Source of the DNA: Armatimonadota bacterium
GTDB lineage: Bacteria; Armatimonadota; UBA5829; DTLH01
Length of the DNA: 64,000 bases
Direction: 5' to 3'
Assembly (NCBI GenBank): GCA_038207085.1
Contig: JBBRAE010000012.1
Location: 10,446 to 74,445 of the forward strand
In this document: positions 59,962 through 64,000 of the stretch, one piece after another
Layout of the letters: the number at the start of each line of letters is the position of its first letter
How positions within the stretch are numbered: the stretch's first letter is position 1
Translations under genes and position numbers: made by a program
The notes under the pieces: model-generated
What the model was told of the DNA's origin: nothing
The model's database searches: none
What the model saw: the letters and a program-made list of their open reading frames with translations, nothing else

Positions 59962-61269
59962 ATGAGCAAGAGGATTCTTTATATACTGCCGGTGCTGCTG
60001 CTTGTGGCGATGGCGTTTTTTGTCGGGTTTGTTGCGCAGGACGTGAGCGCGTCGCACGGGGACCCAAGAGAACTGATCGCCTCGATCCGCCTGCTTCCAA
60101 GCAGGATGGAACTGCTTAGCGGCGTGCCGGAGAAGCCACAGGCTGAGCTTCCCGTGCTCGAAACCTACCACAGTGTGCTTGACCGGCTTCAGTCCGAGTA
60201 TTACGGGGGGAAGGTCAACGACCGCGAGATGACGTACGACGCTATCCGCGGGATGCTCGCGTCGCTCAATGACCCCTACACACGGTTCCTCGACCCCACG
60301 AGCTACAAGCAGATGCGTGAGGAGAACGAGGGCAACTTTGTGGGGATCGGCGCGCAGCTCGACGTCAACACAAAACAGCAGGTCTACATCAAAGAGCCGC
60401 TTCCCGACAGCCCTGCAATTTTAGCCGGGGTTAAGGCTGGGGACATTATCCTGAGGGTCGACAACAAGCCGATCGCCGGGCTGGACATCGATCAAGTGGT
60501 AAAAAAGATCCGCGGCGCTGAAGGCACCAAGGTCAGACTTACCCTGCTGCGCGCGCCTAAGCAGACGCCAGTCGAGATTTACATCGTGCGGCGTGTCGTG
60601 GAGTTTAGGATGGTTCGCTCCAAGATGCTTGATAAGACAAACAAGATCGGGTATGTGAGGCTTTACGGTTTCAATGAGCACAGCGACGGACAGATGGACG
60701 ACGCGCTTACCGAGCTCGATCGACAAAAGATGAAGGGACTCATCCTCGATCTGCGCCAGAACCCCGGCGGGCTGCTGCCGGTCGCAATCGACATCGGGAG
60801 CAGGTTCGTCGAGAGCGGCCCCATCGTGATCATTCAGGAGCGTGATGGACGCCGCGACCCGCTCAATGTGGACGACTCTAAGCACAACCACAAGAAGCCC
60901 CCGCTCGTAGTGCTTGTCGACAGGTCCAGCGCGAGCGCCTCGGAGATCGTCTCCGGTGCGATCCAGGACAACAAGACCGGAACGCTTGTCGGCACCCGGA
61001 CGTTCGGCAAGGCACGTGTTCAGACGGTTACGGCACTTGTGGACGGGTCCGCGATAGCTATTACGACCGCGAAATATCTTACACCTAAAGGCCGCGACAT
61101 CAACAAGGTTGGCGTCCAGCCCGATGTTCAGGCTGATAGCCCGAAGACAGCGGTGGAGTTCGGCGACCCCAAGGTCGACACGCAGCTCGTCAAGGCGATG
61201 AATGTATTGAAAGGCAAGATGGGCCTGCCGAGTTCTCAACCGGCAGTCGCATCCGGCGGTTCGCGCTAA
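59962..61269 (+). CDS. ctpA: Carboxyl-terminal processing protease, S41A
   Basis: LNDPYT, F.GIGA, DSPA..AG, DLRQNPGG, SASASE, TFGK..VQ, KYLTP.GR.I. Confidence 0.93.
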   Translation: MSKRILYILPVLLLVAMAFFVGFVAQDVSASHGDPRELIASIRLLPSRMELLSGVPEKPQAELPVLETYHSVLDRLQSEYYGGKVNDREMTYDAIRGMLASLNDPYTRFLDPTSYKQMREENEGNFVGIGAQLDVNTKQQVYIKEPLPDSPAILAGVKAGDIILRVDNKPIAGLDIDQVVKKIRGAEGTKVRLTLLRAPKQTPVEIYIVRRVVEFRMVRSKMLDKTNKIGYVRLYGFNEHSDGQMDDALTELDRQKMKGLILDLRQNPGGLLPVAIDIGSRFVESGPIVIIQERDGRRDPLNVDDSKHNHKKPPLVVLVDRSSASASEIVSGAIQDNKTGTLVGTRTFGKARVQTVTALVDGSAIAITTAKYLTPKGRDINKVGVQPDVQADSPKTAVEFGDPKVDTQLVKAMNVLKGKMGLPSSQPAVASGGSR

Positions 61270-61329
61270 AGAGCGCTTAGAAAGTTGGGGCGGGCCGGGA
61301 ACGGTCCGCCCTACCCCTTGAGGCAGTTA

Positions 61330-62256
61330 ATGCTCAGTAATTCTACCCGACGTTTCACCATTTTTGTCATTGCAGCCGCCCTCGCCTTCGTTGCAAGCTT
61401 GCTTGTGTCGTGCGGCAGATCGACTCACTCATCCGGCACGAACTATGCGCCGCCTTCGCGCACCGAAACACCATCCCCTAATGAGCGGAGTGTCGAGCAC
61501 CCGACTGCGCCACGAGCCACGGAAGACTCTTCGCAGGACACGGAGTCTGAGTCGCCGCGTATGGTGGCTGGCGAACACAAGACTGACGCTCAGTCTCAGG
61601 TCGCTCCCCCTTTGCTCTCCACTCCGCGAGCTACTTCCTCGCCGATCGATGATATCGGGGTCGAGCTGAAGCGCGGGTCGGCGGGTGAGAACCGGATCGC
61701 ACTTACCTTTGACGCCGGTGCAAGCGCGGCGCCGACGCCTGCGCTTCTGGATGTGCTAAAGAAGAACGGTCTGCGCGCTACGTTCTTTCTCACGGGGCGA
61801 TGGGTCGCGCAGAACCCCAGGCTTACGCGTAGGATCGCGGCTGAGGGGCACGAGATTGGCAACCACACCTATTCACATTCTGATCTTAGGACACAGTCCG
61901 ACGACGATATTAAAGATCAGCTTGCCCGGACTGAGGCTATCGTCCAGGAGACTGCCGATGTTTCGACGAAGCCGCTGTTTAGGCCACCGTTTGGGGGCAG
62001 GGACGCTCGGGTGATCGAGGTTGCGGCTGCAGAGGGATATCGGTGCGTTTACTGGAGCGCGGACAGTTGGGATGCGTTCAAGAAGGGGATCAAGTCAGAT
62101 GAAATCCGGGATCGGGTGCTTGATAGGGCGACTGACGGATCGATCGTGCTTATGCACTGCGGCAGTTGGCCTACGGTTGAGGCACTTCCCGACATTATCT
62201 CAGAGCTTAAGGCACGCGGCTATGAGTTGGTGACCGTCGGGGAGCTTGTTCGATAG
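61330..62256 (+). CDS. Polysaccharide deacetylase (CE4/NodB), probable lipoprotein
   Basis: Lipobox-like LLVSC, Ser/Pro/Thr linker, TFDAG, ATFF..G, GNHTYSH, FRPPFG, D.WD, IVLMH. Confidence 0.88.
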   Translation: MLSNSTRRFTIFVIAAALAFVASLLVSCGRSTHSSGTNYAPPSRTETPSPNERSVEHPTAPRATEDSSQDTESESPRMVAGEHKTDAQSQVAPPLLSTPRATSSPIDDIGVELKRGSAGENRIALTFDAGASAAPTPALLDVLKKNGLRATFFLTGRWVAQNPRLTRRIAAEGHEIGNHTYSHSDLRTQSDDDIKDQLARTEAIVQETADVSTKPLFRPPFGGRDARVIEVAAAEGYRCVYWSADSWDAFKKGIKSDEIRDRVLDRATDGSIVLMHCGSWPTVEALPDIISELKARGYELVTVGELVR

Positions 62257-62265
62257 TTGTCTGAC

Positions 62266-62733
62266 CTAGGGAACCAGCACGTCCCGGACCAGGGAGATAT
62301 CGGACTGTCGGCGCGGGCGGATTTGGCGGAAGTAGAAGCCGTTGTCGCCTATGAGGCAGCTTATGCCGGTGACTGCGACGATCTGACCCGCAAGTGGGGG
62401 GGTGATGCTGTTGCCGGTTGCGAGGCCACCGTAGTAGACGCGAACGCCGATGCCTTCGGTGTAGTAATCCATCATCCCGCTGCCGTCGTCGATGTAGAAG
62501 TAATCGCTGGAGCTGTCTACGAAGGTTACGACGCCCCAGGAGCGAATCAGCAGTCCCACATTGTTCAGTCCCTGGCCCTGGTAGACACCGGGAGTTGCAG
62601 CATTCAGGTCACCGCCGCCGATGGCCCGGTTGCCCATTCCAAGCGGGGCGATGGTGTCGGCGCTGGCCACGGAGGAAATCGCGGCCGGTGCGATGAGCGC
62701 TGCCATTATGAGTACTGCTAGGCGTATAGTCAT
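62266..62733 (-). CDS. Small secreted protein with an OB-fold-like domain
   Basis: Signal peptide; LIRSWGVVT...FYIDDGSG...GVRVY...GQIVAVTGI...IRPR..SDI. Confidence 0.7.
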   Translation of the reverse strand: MTIRLAVLIMAALIAPAAISSVASADTIAPLGMGNRAIGGGDLNAATPGVYQGQGLNNVGLLIRSWGVVTFVDSSSDYFYIDDGSGMMDYYTEGIGVRVYYGGLATGNSITPPLAGQIVAVTGISCLIGDNGFYFRQIRPRRQSDISLVRDVLVP

Positions 62734-62902
62734 GACTCTGTGTCTCTCCAGGTTGGGCCAGTATTGTCTCATCTATAGCTTTTGCAAACTGCGTACCAAA
62801 ACGCCGGTCTGCACTTAATTAGACTGAGCGATCGCCCCCACGGTTCCCGCGGATTGGATATTTCTCTTTAAGACTGGAGCGGGCCTGGCGGGCAATACAT
62901 GT

Positions 62903-62941
62903 AAAAAGGGTGGCTGCGGATTCTGGTCCGCAGCCACCCTT
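62903..62941 (-). terminator. Intrinsic terminator
   Basis: AAGGGTGGCTGCGGA / TCCGCAGCCACCCTT followed by a T-run on the minus strand. Confidence 0.8.
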
Positions 62942-63032
62942 CTTGTTGGGGGACAATCGTCCCTCCTTAATTATGTTCGTAGTGGCCGGATATCTCGTTT
63001 CTTAATGTCTCTTCAATTGCGTTTTCGGATTC

Positions 63033-63710
63033 TTACGGGATCTTTGCAGGAATGATCAGCGCCAGATTGTTGACGTTTGTCTTGATCCAATATCCCTGAC
63101 TTTTCAGCAACTCCTGGTTAGGAGCATAGGACTCCACGCGAACGTCGTAGTAACCATTGGTCGAGGTATTCCAACCCTTGGCGATACCGGTGGTCCAGTT
63201 ATACGGGGCACCTTTAGCCTGTGTGACGGTAATGGTGACGTTGCCGTCTGTCATCAGGCAGTTTGCCCAGACAATGCTCTCGTAGAACGGGTTACCGATC
63301 AGAGTGTTGCCAGCCTTTGGGAGACTGATCCACATATCGGTCTTCTTGGAGGAGCCGTCCGGAACTCCGTTCGGAACTCCCTCGTAAACCCAAAACACGG
63401 GGGCAAGGGGATTCTTTAGCCAAGCACCGTCGCCGAGCAGAACCTTGCCATATAGAGACGTCTGATACTTGTTGTAGGGAACGTAGCTCTGGTTCGAAGC
63501 GTTCCATCGCTGAAGCTTCAAGTGCAGATCGATGGGCATTGACGGTTCGAAGTCATCCCTGAAGCAGGTTGACGGTGTCGGATCGTAAGGAACGAGAGAC
63601 GCTGCTATCAGGTTCTGTCCGGTCTTGAGTAGCACGACGCTGGTACTGGCTGAAGCCATGACTCCAAGGGTGAGGAGTCCAAGAACCGCGAGTGTGATTG
63701 CTTTCTTCAT
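63033..63710 (-). CDS. Secreted hypothetical protein
   Basis: AAAGGAGGTGA RBS, MKKAITLAVLGLL signal peptide; two internally similar halves (L..G.NLI / LPKAGNTLIG; G.G.W / QGYW). Confidence 0.8.
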   Translation of the reverse strand: MKKAITLAVLGLLTLGVMASASTSVVLLKTGQNLIAASLVPYDPTPSTCFRDDFEPSMPIDLHLKLQRWNASNQSYVPYNKYQTSLYGKVLLGDGAWLKNPLAPVFWVYEGVPNGVPDGSSKKTDMWISLPKAGNTLIGNPFYESIVWANCLMTDGNVTITVTQAKGAPYNWTTGIAKGWNTSTNGYYDVRVESYAPNQELLKSQGYWIKTNVNNLALIIPAKIP

Positions 63711-63809
63711 AGTATCACCTCCTTTCGAGATATTGTTCGTAGATTTGAGTGTAATCATTGTGTCGTCCCCCTTTCTCTGGGTCGTCTTTCGACGTTTGTA
63801 TTGAATTGC

Positions 63810-63838
63810 AAATTAGCACTAGGCTATCGGGCTGTCAA
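63810..63838 (-). promoter_or_regulatory. Putative sigma70 promoter
   Basis: TTGACA-N17-TAATTT with TG extension. Confidence 0.45.
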
Positions 63839-64000
63839 CTAGTTCGTTGAAGTGTGTCGATATGATTGCAGAACGAAAGATGTGACGTATCGCGACCAGG
63901 ACATCCCGGCGCAGCCTATATGTGGTTCTTCTCCTTCTGCTAATTCCCGTCTCTGAGGCGGGTTAATCACACTTGCTTACTTTTAAAGGGCCGTCGGGCC

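Noticed and set aside
63813..63839. CIRCE (HrcA) operator
   Set aside because: Only the left arm TTAGCACT matches; the right side is better read as a minus-strand TTGACA -35 box

Overview
A 64-kb, GC-rich bacterial chromosomal segment with about 55 protein genes and no rRNA, tRNA, CRISPR array, transposase or phage gene that I could see. The pyruvate:ferredoxin oxidoreductase, CoA-activase and Wzi/YjbH-like outer-membrane proteins suggest a diderm, probably anaerobic or facultative organism; Armatimonadota-like is my impression only. Main blocks: a heptose/capsule operon (hddA-gmhA-gmhB-priming GT-wzi) followed by lacZ; MATE plus an Ldh_2 oxidoreductase; a polyphosphate-type operon (two thymidylate-kinase-like genes, CHAD, short Ppx, HD, long Ppx); two toxin-antitoxin pairs; an ArnT/GT2/flippase set; a large PAS-GGDEF-EAL protein; a 1420-aa CoA-activase; an ECF sigma/anti-sigma pair; rsgA; recR-porCAB; and two tandem S41 proteases plus a polysaccharide deacetylase. 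The strongest unannotated signals are four. (1) Two tandem sibling small-RNA genes at 49925-50279, each with a consensus sigma54 promoter, a near-identical anti-Shine-Dalgarno-like core and its own intrinsic terminator. (2) A leader-peptide terminator/antiterminator attenuator upstream of rsgA. (3) A CtpA paralog lacking both catalytic residues, paired with an intact CtpA. (4) Paired thymidylate-kinase-like genes, one with an altered P-loop, heading a polyP operon that has no ppk. All family calls come from visual motif recognition, not database searches.
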